NCBI GenBank assembly: GCA_044356295.1
Contig: JBIKWN010000008.1
Coordinates: forward strand, 1-64,000
Reading direction: 5' to 3'
DNA length: 64,000 bases
Source of the DNA: Bdellovibrionota bacterium
Lineage (GTDB): Bacteria > Bdellovibrionota_C > UBA2361 > JBIKWN01
The stretch's first letter is position 1. Each line of letters starts with the position of its first letter. Under the pieces are notes generated by a model. It was given only the letters and a program-made list of their open reading frames with translations. It was not told where the DNA came from and ran no database searches. Both the position numbers and the translations under genes were made by a program. Below are positions 19,822 through 30,408 of this stretch, in pieces.

Positions 19822-22089
19822 ATGGATAAACAAGATTTTGAATTAGCAGTAACACTGTATAAAACGTTAGAAGAGAAACATAAAATTGCTAGAGAAAAAC
19901 TTGGGAAGGCACTAACGCTTTCCGAGAAGATCCTTTTTTCTCATATTAAAGAGTGGCCAAAAGCTGAGCCAGTACGTGGAAAAGATACTTTAAACTTTAT
20001 GCCTGACAGAGTCGCTATGCAGGATGCAACTGCACAGATGGCATTGTTACAATTTATTGTGACTGGGCGAGATACTGTTGCAGTACCGACTACGGTGCAC
20101 TGCGATCACTTGATTCAAGCAAAAGTTGGAGCAGAAAAAGATCTTTTAAAAGCATTTGATGAAAACAAAGAAGTGTATGATTTTCTTTTGTCAGCATCAC
20201 AGCGATACGGACTTGGATTTTGGAAAGCAGGGGCTGGAATTATTCACCAAGTCGTTCTTGAACAGTATGCTTTTCCAGGCGGTATGATGATTGGTACAGA
20301 TAGCCATACTCCTAATGCTGGAGGACTTGGAATGGTTGCAATTGGTGTTGGTGGTGCTGATGCGGTAGATGTGATGGCGGGTCAACCTTGGGGGCTCCTC
20401 AATCCAAGACTTATCGGAATAAAACTTACAGGAACATTATCTGGTTGGGCTTCTCCAAAAGATGTCATTTTAAAGGTTGCCGGTCTTCTTACTGTAAAAG
20501 GTGGCACTGGAAAAATCGTTGAATATTTTGGTCCTGGAACAGAAAGTATTTCTTGTACTGGTAAAGCTACAATTACGAACATGGGTGCAGAGCTTGGAGC
20601 AACGACTTCTGTATTTCCTTACGACTCTCGTATGGCAAGTTATCTTCGCTCATCAAACCGTGCGGAACTTGCTGATCTTGCTGACACATATAAAGAGTAC
20701 CTTTGTGCAGATCAAGAAGTTATTGCAAATCCAGAGAGGTATTATGATGAGCTTATTGAAATCAATCTCTCTGAATTGAAACCGCAATGGGTTGGACCTC
20801 ATACACCAGATCTACTTCGTAAAGCTTCAGAGATGAAAAATGTTGTAAAGAATGAAGATATAGAAGATTCAATTCGGTTTGCGCTTATAGGAAGTTGCAC
20901 TAATTCTTCTTACGAAGATATTGCGCGAGCCGCACATGTTGCTAAGCAAGCACGTGATCACGGATTAAAAGTTCAGATTCCATTTATGATAACTCCTGGT
21001 TCGGATCAAGTATTTCAAACTATTAAAAGAGATGGATTCATGGAGATATTTGAATCTATCGGAGCAACGGTTTTAGCGAATGCTTGTGGTCCGTGTATTG
21101 GTCAATGGTCAAGAGACGATATCAAACCGAATGAAAAAAACACTATTGTTACGAGCTACAATAGAAATTTTAGAAAACGAAATGATGGTAATGCAGAAAC
21201 AGCAGCATTTATCGGATCTCCTGAATTAGTTACTGCAGTAGCATTTGCTGGAAAAATATCATTTGATCCGGAGCAAGATTCAATCCCTGATTCAAAAGGT
21301 CAGATGTTTACATTAAAGGAGCCAACTGGGGATGAGCTACCACCAAAAGGTTTTGTTTTAAGTCGTGAAGGCTACGAAGCTTCACTTGGAAGCGAAGCTG
21401 AGCGTAAAAAACTTCCCGTCGCAATTTCACCTACCAGTGACCGACTTTCGTTTCTTGAAGTGTTCAAACCATGGGAAGGAACAGAGTTAAAAGATCTTGT
21501 TATTGGAGTAAAAGCGTTAGGTAAGTGTACAACAGACCATATTTCACAGGCGGGGCCTTGGTTGAAGTATCGTGGTCATTTAGCTCGAATCTCTGATAAC
21601 TGCTACCTTGGAGCAATTAATGCTTTTACGAATGAAACTGGAAAAGGAACCAATGTACTCACCGGAGAAACAGGAGTCTCATTCCCTGAGCTCGGTAAGT
21701 CTTATAAAGCAAAAAATCAAGACTGGATTGCTGTTGGTGATGAAAATTACGGAGAAGGATCATCAAGAGAACACGCTGCAATGTCACCACGATTTTTAGG
21801 TTGCAGAATTGTTGTCGCAAGAAGTTTTGCGCGAATTGCAGAGACAAATCTAAAAAAACAAGGTCTGATTCCATTAACGTTTGCTGATCCGGCAGATTAC
21901 GATCGTTTATATCAAGATGATCGAATTAGTACTGAAGGGTTAACTCAGCTAAAACCAGGATCAGCCGTTTTATTGAAAGTGCGATCAAAGGACGGGTCGG
22001 AGCGAACTATTAAAACAAATCATTCAATGACAGATGAGCAGATAGTTTGGTTTAAAGCAGGTTCAGCTTTAAACACTTTAAAACCTTAA
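19822..22089 (+). CDS. acnA: Aconitate hydratase (mitochondrial-like type)
   Basis: DRVAMQDATAQMA, VHCDH, GTDSHT, IGSCTN, ACGPCIGQW, TTDHIS, GEGSSREHAA. Confidence 0.95.
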   Translation: MDKQDFELAVTLYKTLEEKHKIAREKLGKALTLSEKILFSHIKEWPKAEPVRGKDTLNFMPDRVAMQDATAQMALLQFIVTGRDTVAVPTTVHCDHLIQAKVGAEKDLLKAFDENKEVYDFLLSASQRYGLGFWKAGAGIIHQVVLEQYAFPGGMMIGTDSHTPNAGGLGMVAIGVGGADAVDVMAGQPWGLLNPRLIGIKLTGTLSGWASPKDVILKVAGLLTVKGGTGKIVEYFGPGTESISCTGKATITNMGAELGATTSVFPYDSRMASYLRSSNRAELADLADTYKEYLCADQEVIANPERYYDELIEINLSELKPQWVGPHTPDLLRKASEMKNVVKNEDIEDSIRFALIGSCTNSSYEDIARAAHVAKQARDHGLKVQIPFMITPGSDQVFQTIKRDGFMEIFESIGATVLANACGPCIGQWSRDDIKPNEKNTIVTSYNRNFRKRNDGNAETAAFIGSPELVTAVAFAGKISFDPEQDSIPDSKGQMFTLKEPTGDELPPKGFVLSREGYEASLGSEAERKKLPVAISPTSDRLSFLEVFKPWEGTELKDLVIGVKALGKCTTDHISQAGPWLKYRGHLARISDNCYLGAINAFTNETGKGTNVLTGETGVSFPELGKSYKAKNQDWIAVGDENYGEGSSREHAAMSPRFLGCRIVVARSFARIAETNLKKQGLIPLTFADPADYDRLYQDDRISTEGLTQLKPGSAVLLKVRSKDGSERTIKTNHSMTDEQIVWFKAGSALNTLKP

Positions 22090-22090
22090 A

Positions 22091-24220
22091 TTATGCCCCG
22101 CAAAAGCTAAGATTATTCTTGGCTCTTTCGACAATCCCTGCAGCAGGAGTAAAGCGAGAACCATATTCACGCTCAAACTTCTGCATGCCCTCGTAAATGG
22201 TCTTTGCTCCTAATGTGTCAGCAAAATAAAGAACACCACCTCTAAATGGAGGGAAGCCCATTCCCATAACGGTGCCAAGATTAATTTGTGAAGCAGCATC
22301 TTTGCCAGCATTACCAGCGACTCCTTCATCGAGGCATTTCACTGCTTCATTAATAAGACTCATGATGAGTCGTTCTTGAAGCGGTGTAATGTTTGTAACT
22401 TCCTTAGAATTTTTAGGTAGCTTTAAAAGTTCTCTTGCTGCCATTGAGGGGACTGATTTGTTATCTGCAAAATCGTAAAATCCAGAACCAGATTTTTTCC
22501 CAGTCTTTCCATGTGAAGAAAGTATTTTTGCATATTGTGGTGCTTTCATTCTGTCGCCGTATCCCGCAACCATGATCTCTGAAACGTGAGCAGCAACATC
22601 AAGTCCGACTTCATCAAGAAGACGGATTGGACCCATTGGCATTCCAAACTTCGTAGCAGCAGTATCGATATCTTCAATGCTATATCCTTCCTGTAACAAG
22701 AATGCAGCTTCGTTTAAATATGGAGACAAAATTCGGTTTACTAAAAATCCAGGAACATCTTTGACGAGTATTGGATATTTACCGAGTTTTGCAGTGAGTG
22801 CAGCGATAATACTAAGTGTTTTATCGCTTGTTGCATCGCCCATAACAATTTCCACAAGCGGCATTTTTTCGACGGGATTAAAAAAGTGCATACCAACAAC
22901 GCGGTCAGGATTTTCAATTCCTGATGCTATTTTTGAAACAGAAAGAGAAGAAGTGTTTGTAGCAATTATTGCGTCGCCTGGAATCTGATTTGCAATATCA
23001 TTTAATAATTTTGTTTTAAGAGTTAAATCTTCATACACTGCTTCAATTGCAAATCCAATAGTGCTGCCGTTGGTTAAATCTCGAGATGTTGTTTCAACTC
23101 TATTCAGAATAAAACTTTTTTCAGTTTCACTGAGGTATTTAACTTTTTGTAGTCCTTTTTGAATGTGATCTTTTCCACGGCTGAGCGCTGCATCACTAAC
23201 GTCTTTTAGAGTAACAGCAAATCCAGCACGAGCTAAACTTCCTGCAATGCCAGCGCCCATCACACCTGCGCCAATAACGACTGAATTGAGTGACTCAATA
23301 TATTTTTTACCAGATTTCCCGATCGCTTTTGCATTTTCAGAGAGGAAAAAAACGTTCACTAATGCTTTGCTCTCTGGACTAACAATGAGTCGGCCGAGTT
23401 CTCGTGCTTCAAATGGATAGCCTACCGTAAGGCCTTGCTCTAGACCTATAATGCAACTTTCTAAAGCAGCAGGAGGAGCTGGATAAAAACCTTTCGTTTC
23501 TTTTCGAATAGATTTTTTTACTTTATTTTTTACAAAGGCTCTGCCGAGCTTTGTAAAGGTTAGAATCCTATCGATGAAACTTGGGGCAATCTCTTTTGTT
23601 GATGAATTCTTTGAAGCAATTGATTCTGCACGTTCTAACAGTCTTGAACTTTGAATCACTTCATTAACAAGACCATAGTTTTGCGCTTGTCGTGGACGAA
23701 GTGTTTTTCCAGCAAGAATGATATCAAGTGCTTTTGGAAGTCCGATTAATCGCGGAAGGCGCTGCGTTCCGCCAAAGCCAGGTAGTATTCCTAATTTAAT
23801 TTCAGGTAATCCGATTAAACTAGTTTTTTCGTCACTAATAATTCTATAACGACAAGCAAGTGCAAGTTCACAACCACCACCAACGCATGGACCTGAAATT
23901 GCTGCAACGGTGACGCAAGGAAGTTCTTCAATTAATTTAAAAACTTCTTGCCCCTGTTTCGCCAAAGCTTGACCTTCACTTGGATCGTTAACAGTTTGGA
24001 TGATGGTAATGTCAGCACCAACAGTGAACATATCAAGAGATGGTCCAGTAATTATTAATCCTTTCGGGGGAGAGGCTTTTAATGCATTTAGAGTGTCTGC
24101 TAAAGACTTGATTCTAGTAGGAGTAAGAGTTGTGACCCGCTCGGATTTGTCGCCTAATGTTAATACGGCGACTCCAGATTCAAGAAAAGAGAGATGTACG
24201 GTACCGGTTGGCTGATTCAT
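22091..24220 (-). CDS. fadJ: Fatty-acid oxidation complex alpha subunit (enoyl-CoA hydratase/3-hydroxyacyl-CoA dehydrogenase, FadJ/FadB-like)
   Basis: GGGCELALAC, LPEIKLGILPGFGGTQRLPRL, GAGVMG, TNTSSL, GMHFFNP. Confidence 0.9.
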   Translation of the reverse strand: MNQPTGTVHLSFLESGVAVLTLGDKSERVTTLTPTRIKSLADTLNALKASPPKGLIITGPSLDMFTVGADITIIQTVNDPSEGQALAKQGQEVFKLIEELPCVTVAAISGPCVGGGCELALACRYRIISDEKTSLIGLPEIKLGILPGFGGTQRLPRLIGLPKALDIILAGKTLRPRQAQNYGLVNEVIQSSRLLERAESIASKNSSTKEIAPSFIDRILTFTKLGRAFVKNKVKKSIRKETKGFYPAPPAALESCIIGLEQGLTVGYPFEARELGRLIVSPESKALVNVFFLSENAKAIGKSGKKYIESLNSVVIGAGVMGAGIAGSLARAGFAVTLKDVSDAALSRGKDHIQKGLQKVKYLSETEKSFILNRVETTSRDLTNGSTIGFAIEAVYEDLTLKTKLLNDIANQIPGDAIIATNTSSLSVSKIASGIENPDRVVGMHFFNPVEKMPLVEIVMGDATSDKTLSIIAALTAKLGKYPILVKDVPGFLVNRILSPYLNEAAFLLQEGYSIEDIDTAATKFGMPMGPIRLLDEVGLDVAAHVSEIMVAGYGDRMKAPQYAKILSSHGKTGKKSGSGFYDFADNKSVPSMAARELLKLPKNSKEVTNITPLQERLIMSLINEAVKCLDEGVAGNAGKDAASQINLGTVMGMGFPPFRGGVLYFADTLGAKTIYEGMQKFEREYGSRFTPAAGIVERAKNNLSFCGA

Positions 24221-24326
24221 GTTATTGATTTAACTAGAGGAAAGTGGCTAGAGCAAGGTATTACTGTAAAATAGGGGAAATATTAAAATGTTTAACTAGC
24301 TGGGCGATTTTTGCCATAATTCCTCT

Positions 24327-25283
24327 ATGTTATCCCAAGATACGAAAATCTCTATTCAGGTTGAAAAGCTAAGCCCTGTTCAAAAAGCAGCTCTTATTAT
24401 TTATTGTGCAGTACCTTCGTTGACTCGTACAGTTGAATTAGACCAAGTTCTGAAAGGGTTGAGGGATTCTCATCAAAAATTGTTTTCTGTAAGTAGCTTA
24501 ACTGAGCATGGAGCAGAATGGGCATACGAGGCTAGTCGACAACTTTTTCCTCCAGATTATGTAGCTATTGAAAAAGACGCTGAAGATGAAATAGATAGTT
24601 TTGCCTCAGATGGGTTGCCGCTTTTTGGTAAACTACTAGAAATGATTTCTAGTGATACAAACGAACTTGATGAAGGTGATGAATACTTAGATGGAGATGA
24701 TATTGACCAGCTCATATTTCAGGGAAATAGCTCTAATTTTGAAGAAGAAATTGTTCAACAGGCGTCAAGATATAGAGTAATGATGCGTAAAAAATATGGA
24801 GTCCATGTAGGAAGGTTCCCAGAAATTCAAGATAAGTCGCCGCAGGTAAAAAAATCACCTGTCTCAAATCAAGATCCGATTATTGGCGCATCCTTCCAGA
24901 CTTACCCAACTAGTGCTGATAAACCTGAGCATCGTACTATGCTTGGGGAGGATTTTGTTCCTGCCAAAACTACCCACCAGTCTGATGTTAGTAATACTGA
25001 GTATAAACACAGTTTAAGAGAAATATTTGAAATCTTAGCTAAATCATATGGAATTGTGACACCGCCTAAAAAAACTTCTCAGTTCATAACGACCGTACAA
25101 AAGGATCCAGATCTAGCCAATGCAAAATGTTCAATAAGTAGAAATTCATACGGTTTAATTATTAAGATACGAGACCAAGAATCAACAAAATCCGAAATAC
25201 AGATTATGCTCGCTTCTGATGGAAAAATTTTAAATACGTATGGTTTAGAAAATCACGATACCTCTAAAGATACAGCATGGTGA
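24327..25283 (+). CDS. Hypothetical protein
   Basis: 318-aa ORF filling the gap between fadJ and ileS; TGcCATAAT 6 nt before the ATG. Confidence 0.7.
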   Translation: MLSQDTKISIQVEKLSPVQKAALIIYCAVPSLTRTVELDQVLKGLRDSHQKLFSVSSLTEHGAEWAYEASRQLFPPDYVAIEKDAEDEIDSFASDGLPLFGKLLEMISSDTNELDEGDEYLDGDDIDQLIFQGNSSNFEEEIVQQASRYRVMMRKKYGVHVGRFPEIQDKSPQVKKSPVSNQDPIIGASFQTYPTSADKPEHRTMLGEDFVPAKTTHQSDVSNTEYKHSLREIFEILAKSYGIVTPPKKTSQFITTVQKDPDLANAKCSISRNSYGLIIKIRDQESTKSEIQIMLASDGKILNTYGLENHDTSKDTAW

Positions 25284-28200
25284 TTACTTCACCACCCCAA
25301 CCTGAAGCTCAGCACCAGTAACAGGAACCTTAGAAAACTCTAACTGCTTTCCATTACTAGTAGTATCAGTGGCAAAGAAAAATTTCTTAGCTAACACTTG
25401 CTCTTCAATATACTTCTGATGAGTGGTAAGCGAATTCCTAATATGCTCTGGAGCAACCACCGTAACCTCAATATGGTCTGCCACATGGAATCCTTTCTCT
25501 TTGCGAAGCTGTTGAACACCACGCACGAAGTCCCTTGCAAGTCCTTCAGATTCAAGCTCGGCTGTAACCGCAGTATCAAGCACAACAACACCACTCCTAT
25601 CTGATAAACTGATTGCAGCAACACCTTCTTTAGAAATTAAGCGAAGTGTGTACTCAGTTTCTAAGAGGACTTCTCCTTCAACAGAAACTTTTCCATCATT
25701 GGCAAATTTCCAATCTCCTGCTTTAGCAGATGCTAAAAGAGTTTTCATTTTTTCACCAAGGCGTGGTCCAATTGCACGAGCATTAAGAGCAAGTTGATAC
25801 GAGGCAAAAGCAGAAAAATCCGTAGCAAATTCTACAGATTTAACATTGATCTCATCTTTAATGAGGAAATCGTACGGTGCGATTTTTTCAAGACCATTTC
25901 CGGCAACAGTAATTTTAGAAAGCGGTAGTCGTGTTCGCAGATTATGAGCTTCACGAAGTGATAATCCAGAAGAGCAAACTGCCCTTACCGTATCCATTGT
26001 TGTTGCAAGTTCAACTTCTGAAGGGAAATCACTGACCTTTGGAAATGAAGCCAAGTGCACACTCTCTTCACCAGTTAATGTACGGTAAATCTCTTCAGTA
26101 AGCATTGGAAGCACAGGAGCCGCAACTTTACAAAGGGTTACAAGAACCGTGTAGAGAGTATTGTATGCATCTGTCTTATCTTGATCTTTATCAGCTTTCC
26201 AGAACCTATCTCGACTTCGTCGAATGTACCAGTTATTAAGGGCATCAATAAATTGCAGTATTGAATTACACGAAGCTGCAAGATCGTAGGCATCAAAGTA
26301 TTTTGTTGTATCAGCAACAAGTACTTGAAGTTTTCCAAGGATATATCTATCGAGGAGTGCCTTTGAAGAGCAATTAACTTCACCTTTAATTCCGTCGGTA
26401 TTAGCGTACAGCGTAAAAAAGTAAAATGCGTTCCAGATTGGATTTATTACCGTTCTAACGATTTCACTGATTCCTTTCCCATCTTTATCGATGTTTAAGT
26501 CACCGCCTCTAAGGATCGGACTAGCAATTAAAAACCAACGAAGCGCATCGGATCCAACTTTTTCAAACATTTCCTCTGGATCAGGATAGTTTCGAAGACG
26601 TTTTGAAAGTTTTTCTCCTTTCTCATCCAACACAACACCGTGGCACATACAGTTTAAGAAAGGTGGTTTATCAAACAATGCAGTCGATAGAACCATCAAT
26701 GTATAAAACCAACCTCTCGTTTGGGCAACGTATTCAACAATAAAATCAGCAGGGAAATGTTTCTCGAACCATTCCTTATTTTCAAACGGATAATGCATCT
26801 GAGCATACGGCATCGATCCTGACTCAAACCAGCAATCAAATACTTCTTCAACACGACGCATCGTGCTTTTACCAGTTGGATCGTCAGGATTAGGACGTGT
26901 TAATTGATCAATATAGGGACGATGAAGGTCTGTAACTTTTACACCGAAATCTTTTTCAATATCAGCTAAACTTCCGTATACATCAGTTCGAGGATAACGA
27001 GGGTCATCACTCTTCCAAATAGGAATCGGTGTTCCCCAAAATCTATTACGAGAGATCGACCAATCACGTGCATTAGCAAGCCATTTGCCGAACTGTCCAT
27101 CTTTTATGTGTTCAGGGATCCAATTGATCTGTTGATTCAGTTCAACCATTCGATCTTTGAAATCAGTGACTCGAACATACCATGAGCTTACTGCTTTATA
27201 GATAAGTGGCGTATCTGTCCTCCAGCAGTGTGGATAGTTGTGCTCAATGGTGTCTTGTCTAATGAGCTGACCACGTTCCTTAAGATTTTTAATGATATCT
27301 TTATTGCATTCTTGAACTTGTCGTCCTGCATAGTCGCTGACTTCCACCGTAAACTTACCAGCGATATCAACAGGGCAGACAAGCTCAATATCATTTGCTT
27401 CGCAGACTCGTTGATCGTCTTCACCAAATCCTGGGGCCATATGAACGATTCCAGTGCCGTCTTCAGTCGTTACAAAATCACCAGAGATTACTTTGAATGA
27501 GTTTTTATGGTTCTTAAAATAATCAAAAGGAGGAAGATAGGTAATTCCAAGAAGCTCTTTCCCAAGAAACGTCTGAACAACTGTGTGACCTTCAAATTCT
27601 TTTTTAAAGCGAGCCAGGGCTGCGGTTGCTAAAATATACCGAACACCATCTTTTTCAATTTTTGAGTATTCAACTTCTTCACCAACTGCAACAGCTAAGT
27701 TTGATGGAAGTGTCCAAGGCGTTGTTGTCCAGATAAGAATTTTAGTTTGAACGCCGTCGCTGTCTTTTTCTGAAAGATTATATGCAACAGTAATTGCAGG
27801 GTCTTGTCTAGAACGATACGAGTTATCCATTCGAATTTCAAAATTCGAAAGTGGCGTTTCGCATGCCCATGAATACGGCATAACGCGGTAGCCCTCATAG
27901 ATGAGTCCTTTTTTGTACAGTTCACTAAATGCCCATACAACACTTTCCATGTACGGCAGATCCATCGTTTTGTAATCATTTTCGAACGAAACCCATCGAC
28001 CTTGTCTGTTAACGTATCGTTCCCATTCATGAGCATATTTTAAAACTGACTTACGACAGTTCTCATTGAACTTATCAATTCCAAATTCTTGAATTGCTTG
28101 TCGTCCTGAAACTTTTAATTCTTTTTCGGATTCCATTTCAGCAGGAAGTCCGTGACAGTCCCAACCAAATCGTCTATCAACTTTTCTTCCTTGCATTGCG

Positions 28201-28439
28201 TGATAACGAGGAACGGTATCTTTCACATACCCAGTTAAGAGGTGACCATAGTGTGGAAGTCCATTTGCGAACGGAGGCCCATCAAAAAATACATACTCTT
28301 TCGAGTTCCCAATTGATTTACCAGCAGGAGTATCAACAGATTTCTGGAATATTTTATTTTGTTTCCAAAATTCAAGTGTTTTTCGCTCTAGTTCAGGGTA
28401 GCTGACTTGTGATGGGACGTGGGGGTAGGGTGATTTCAT
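25284..28439 (-). CDS. ileS: Isoleucine--tRNA ligase, type 2 (eukaryote-like)
   Basis: DGPPFANGLPHYGH, GWDCHGLP, WTTTPWTLPSN, SRNRFWGTP, KLSKR; type-2 C-terminus without zinc finger. Confidence 0.97.
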   Translation of the reverse strand: MKSPYPHVPSQVSYPELERKTLEFWKQNKIFQKSVDTPAGKSIGNSKEYVFFDGPPFANGLPHYGHLLTGYVKDTVPRYHAMQGRKVDRRFGWDCHGLPAEMESEKELKVSGRQAIQEFGIDKFNENCRKSVLKYAHEWERYVNRQGRWVSFENDYKTMDLPYMESVVWAFSELYKKGLIYEGYRVMPYSWACETPLSNFEIRMDNSYRSRQDPAITVAYNLSEKDSDGVQTKILIWTTTPWTLPSNLAVAVGEEVEYSKIEKDGVRYILATAALARFKKEFEGHTVVQTFLGKELLGITYLPPFDYFKNHKNSFKVISGDFVTTEDGTGIVHMAPGFGEDDQRVCEANDIELVCPVDIAGKFTVEVSDYAGRQVQECNKDIIKNLKERGQLIRQDTIEHNYPHCWRTDTPLIYKAVSSWYVRVTDFKDRMVELNQQINWIPEHIKDGQFGKWLANARDWSISRNRFWGTPIPIWKSDDPRYPRTDVYGSLADIEKDFGVKVTDLHRPYIDQLTRPNPDDPTGKSTMRRVEEVFDCWFESGSMPYAQMHYPFENKEWFEKHFPADFIVEYVAQTRGWFYTLMVLSTALFDKPPFLNCMCHGVVLDEKGEKLSKRLRNYPDPEEMFEKVGSDALRWFLIASPILRGGDLNIDKDGKGISEIVRTVINPIWNAFYFFTLYANTDGIKGEVNCSSKALLDRYILGKLQVLVADTTKYFDAYDLAASCNSILQFIDALNNWYIRRSRDRFWKADKDQDKTDAYNTLYTVLVTLCKVAAPVLPMLTEEIYRTLTGEESVHLASFPKVSDFPSEVELATTMDTVRAVCSSGLSLREAHNLRTRLPLSKITVAGNGLEKIAPYDFLIKDEINVKSVEFATDFSAFASYQLALNARAIGPRLGEKMKTLLASAKAGDWKFANDGKVSVEGEVLLETEYTLRLISKEGVAAISLSDRSGVVVLDTAVTAELESEGLARDFVRGVQQLRKEKGFHVADHIEVTVVAPEHIRNSLTTHQKYIEEQVLAKKFFFATDTTSNGKQLEFSKVPVTGAELQVGVVK

Positions 28440-28582
28440 AGGGGCTTACTCTACCATAGTCATGAAGTCGAATGAAGGTGATATGTGTTAGGTATCTAGG
28501 CGGAATCAAAATCAGAATCTTCAACTAATTTGACATGACAGCGAAGAAAGCATGTAAAAGAGCCTTACTACGAGAGAAATAA

Positions 28583-28654
28583 TTGGTACAAGGTAACTCG
28601 GATTACTAAATACTGTCAGTAGTTTAACTCACAGGGAAAGTTACCCTGTACTAA
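28583..28654. repeat. REP-doublet (REPIN)-like 72-bp element, copy 1
   Basis: TTGGTACAAGGTAACT-N40-AGTTACCCTGTACTAA imperfect inverted arms. Confidence 0.8.
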
Positions 28655-28756
28655 AGACCTCTTCATGATTTTATTACAAAGAGGCAGGTTTCTATTTTCA
28701 AAATTTGAATTTTGTAATTCTTTACTGCTTAAAGATGGATTGATTTATGTAGGAAT

Positions 28757-29260
28757 TTAAAAGTCTTTAAAAGTTGGGGTAGAAGAATTCTTTAATTCTA
28801 AGAATTTTCGTCCTTCCTCAGAGACAAAACCTGTACACATACACTGCCTTCGCATGTTAAGCGTAACGGGAACAGGGAGAATAGCCCAAAATTTCGTACC
28901 TTCGCTAGTTTGTTGTACGCATTTGGGTTCGCTGGGAGACCAAAAAAACTTGGTGCTACTCTTATCGCAGCTCCATGTTCCACTAGCTTCTTCACAGCTT
29001 TTTTGAAGGCTCGCGAGTTGGCGGAGAAAGTCTGCTCTCACATCAAGATCCATTTCCGCCTTGAAATCCTTCAATGTATTCTTACAGTCTTCGAATCCAT
29101 CAGTGGGTCCGGGAGATTGTGTGACGCCGCCCGTTGGATACTCTATATACATGTTGAGTCCACTATGATAGCTATCAATTTTTCTTTCATCCTGTGAATG
29201 AGCAGTCAAGACTAATCCAAATGTAAATAACAACAAAAATCCTAGAACTCGAAATTTCAT
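28757..29260 (-). CDS. Secreted Cys-rich hypothetical protein
   Basis: Signal-peptide-like N-terminus; six Cys in the mature part. Confidence 0.7.
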   Translation of the reverse strand: MKFRVLGFLLLFTFGLVLTAHSQDERKIDSYHSGLNMYIEYPTGGVTQSPGPTDGFEDCKNTLKDFKAEMDLDVRADFLRQLASLQKSCEEASGTWSCDKSSTKFFWSPSEPKCVQQTSEGTKFWAILPVPVTLNMRRQCMCTGFVSEEGRKFLELKNSSTPTFKDF

Positions 29261-29460
29261 AAATCATCTCACTAAAAATTACCAAAAGAGATATGTGTAT
29301 ATACATTCTTTTGTGAGCAATTTGTACACTAAACAAAATAAATGAACATACGCTGAATATATCGTTTATTTTCAGAAAAACTTTAGAAATATTTGGCGAA
29401 AATTTATTGGTACAGGGTCACGACCATTAAGTTAAGAAATAACACCCTTCAAAAAACGAC

Positions 29461-29555
29461 AATAATAATTGGTACAATAATAATTGGTACAAGGTAACTA
29501 GGATTATATAATGATTTCAGAAGTTTAAATCATATTGAAAGTTACCCTGTACCAA
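29461..29555. repeat. REP-doublet-like element, copy 2 (29484-29555), with a 15-bp tandem duplication at its left end
   Basis: Same arms and 40-bp spacer as copy 1; AATAATAATTGGTAC twice at 29461-29490; further degenerate arm at 29407-29421. Confidence 0.8.
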
Positions 29556-29666
29556 AAACCTCTTTTTTACTACTGCTTTCACAGTGCTTGGGCTTCTAGT
29601 GCATATTATGGCTATTTCTCGAAACGATAACCGCTCTCCATACATCCTAACATTGTTTGGAGTTCA

Positions 29667-29703
29667 GAGAGAAAATAATTGGTACAAGGTAACTCGGATT
29701 ACT
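29667..29703. repeat. REP-like element, copy 3 (left arm only)
   Basis: GAGAGAAAATAATTGGTACAAGGTAACTCGGATTACT is near-identical to 28572-28607. Confidence 0.8.
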
Positions 29704-29812
29704 TAATAAAATTGATAGTTAGTAATGTAATAGTAAGATGGAAATTTTAAGAAAGTGTAGTCATTAAAGTTGGGCGCCACCAGGACCTATAAGTTAATTA
29801 CATACAAAATAA

Positions 29813-30406
29813 TCATCGGCAAAACCGCCCACTAATCTTATCCTGACCAGTTCGCACCCATTTGGTGGCGTTTCTTACCCCTACGTTTATACAAGGCTCA
29901 GTATCGCTGGTGTGACAACGCTCAATTTCGCACTGTCCGGATCCGTCTGAAACATACCTGAGGCTCCCTTCTACACAAGAGCACTGGATTTGAACGGTTG
30001 CAGGTACTACATTAGTTCCATTATACGTCCCAGAATTTTTGCAATCGTACTTCTTGTCTAGCGGAGTCCAATATTCAAACCGACAAGGAGAGCCGTACTC
30101 AACAGAATTTTTACACGCTGCAAGTTGTGCATCGATAAACGACTTTTCGATTGTGAGCTCATTACCTCCTACCTTGACTTCATACGACCCACAACGAGAT
30201 GGTTGTGGGCTTGAACCTTCGATACAGAAATCCTCACCACTGGTTACAAAATCAGATGTATAAACCGTACAAGCCCGAGTGTCAGAGCCCACTTTGGGGC
30301 AAACTCCCTCGACAAAAACTTTTCTACATGACTCCTCTGCGTTCGCAGAAAAAGAAACTACCAAAAGTAACGTGATAGCAGATGTTATAAATACCTTAAT
30401 CTTCAT
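29813..30406 (-). CDS. Secreted Cys-rich hypothetical protein
   Basis: Signal peptide ending ANA; many Cys; starts 2 bp after the caspase stop. Confidence 0.75.
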   Translation of the reverse strand: MKIKVFITSAITLLLVVSFSANAEESCRKVFVEGVCPKVGSDTRACTVYTSDFVTSGEDFCIEGSSPQPSRCGSYEVKVGGNELTIEKSFIDAQLAACKNSVEYGSPCRFEYWTPLDKKYDCKNSGTYNGTNVVPATVQIQCSCVEGSLRYVSDGSGQCEIERCHTSDTEPCINVGVRNATKWVRTGQDKISGRFCR

Positions 30407-30408
30407 CT

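Noticed and set aside
25284..28439. Eukaryote-like IleRS and mitochondrial-like aconitase as evidence of eukaryotic gene transfer
   Set aside because: Both types are well known in many bacteria.
29568..29678. Possible RAYT transposase remnant (AWASSAYY) between REP copies
   Set aside because: Only a few residues resemble the W-SS-Y motif and there is an internal stop; needs a translated search to support.
28572..29703. CRISPR array or integron attC array
   Set aside because: Spacing is irregular, spacers are homologous rather than unique, ends do not fit RYYYAAC/GTTRRRY, and there is no cas or intI gene.
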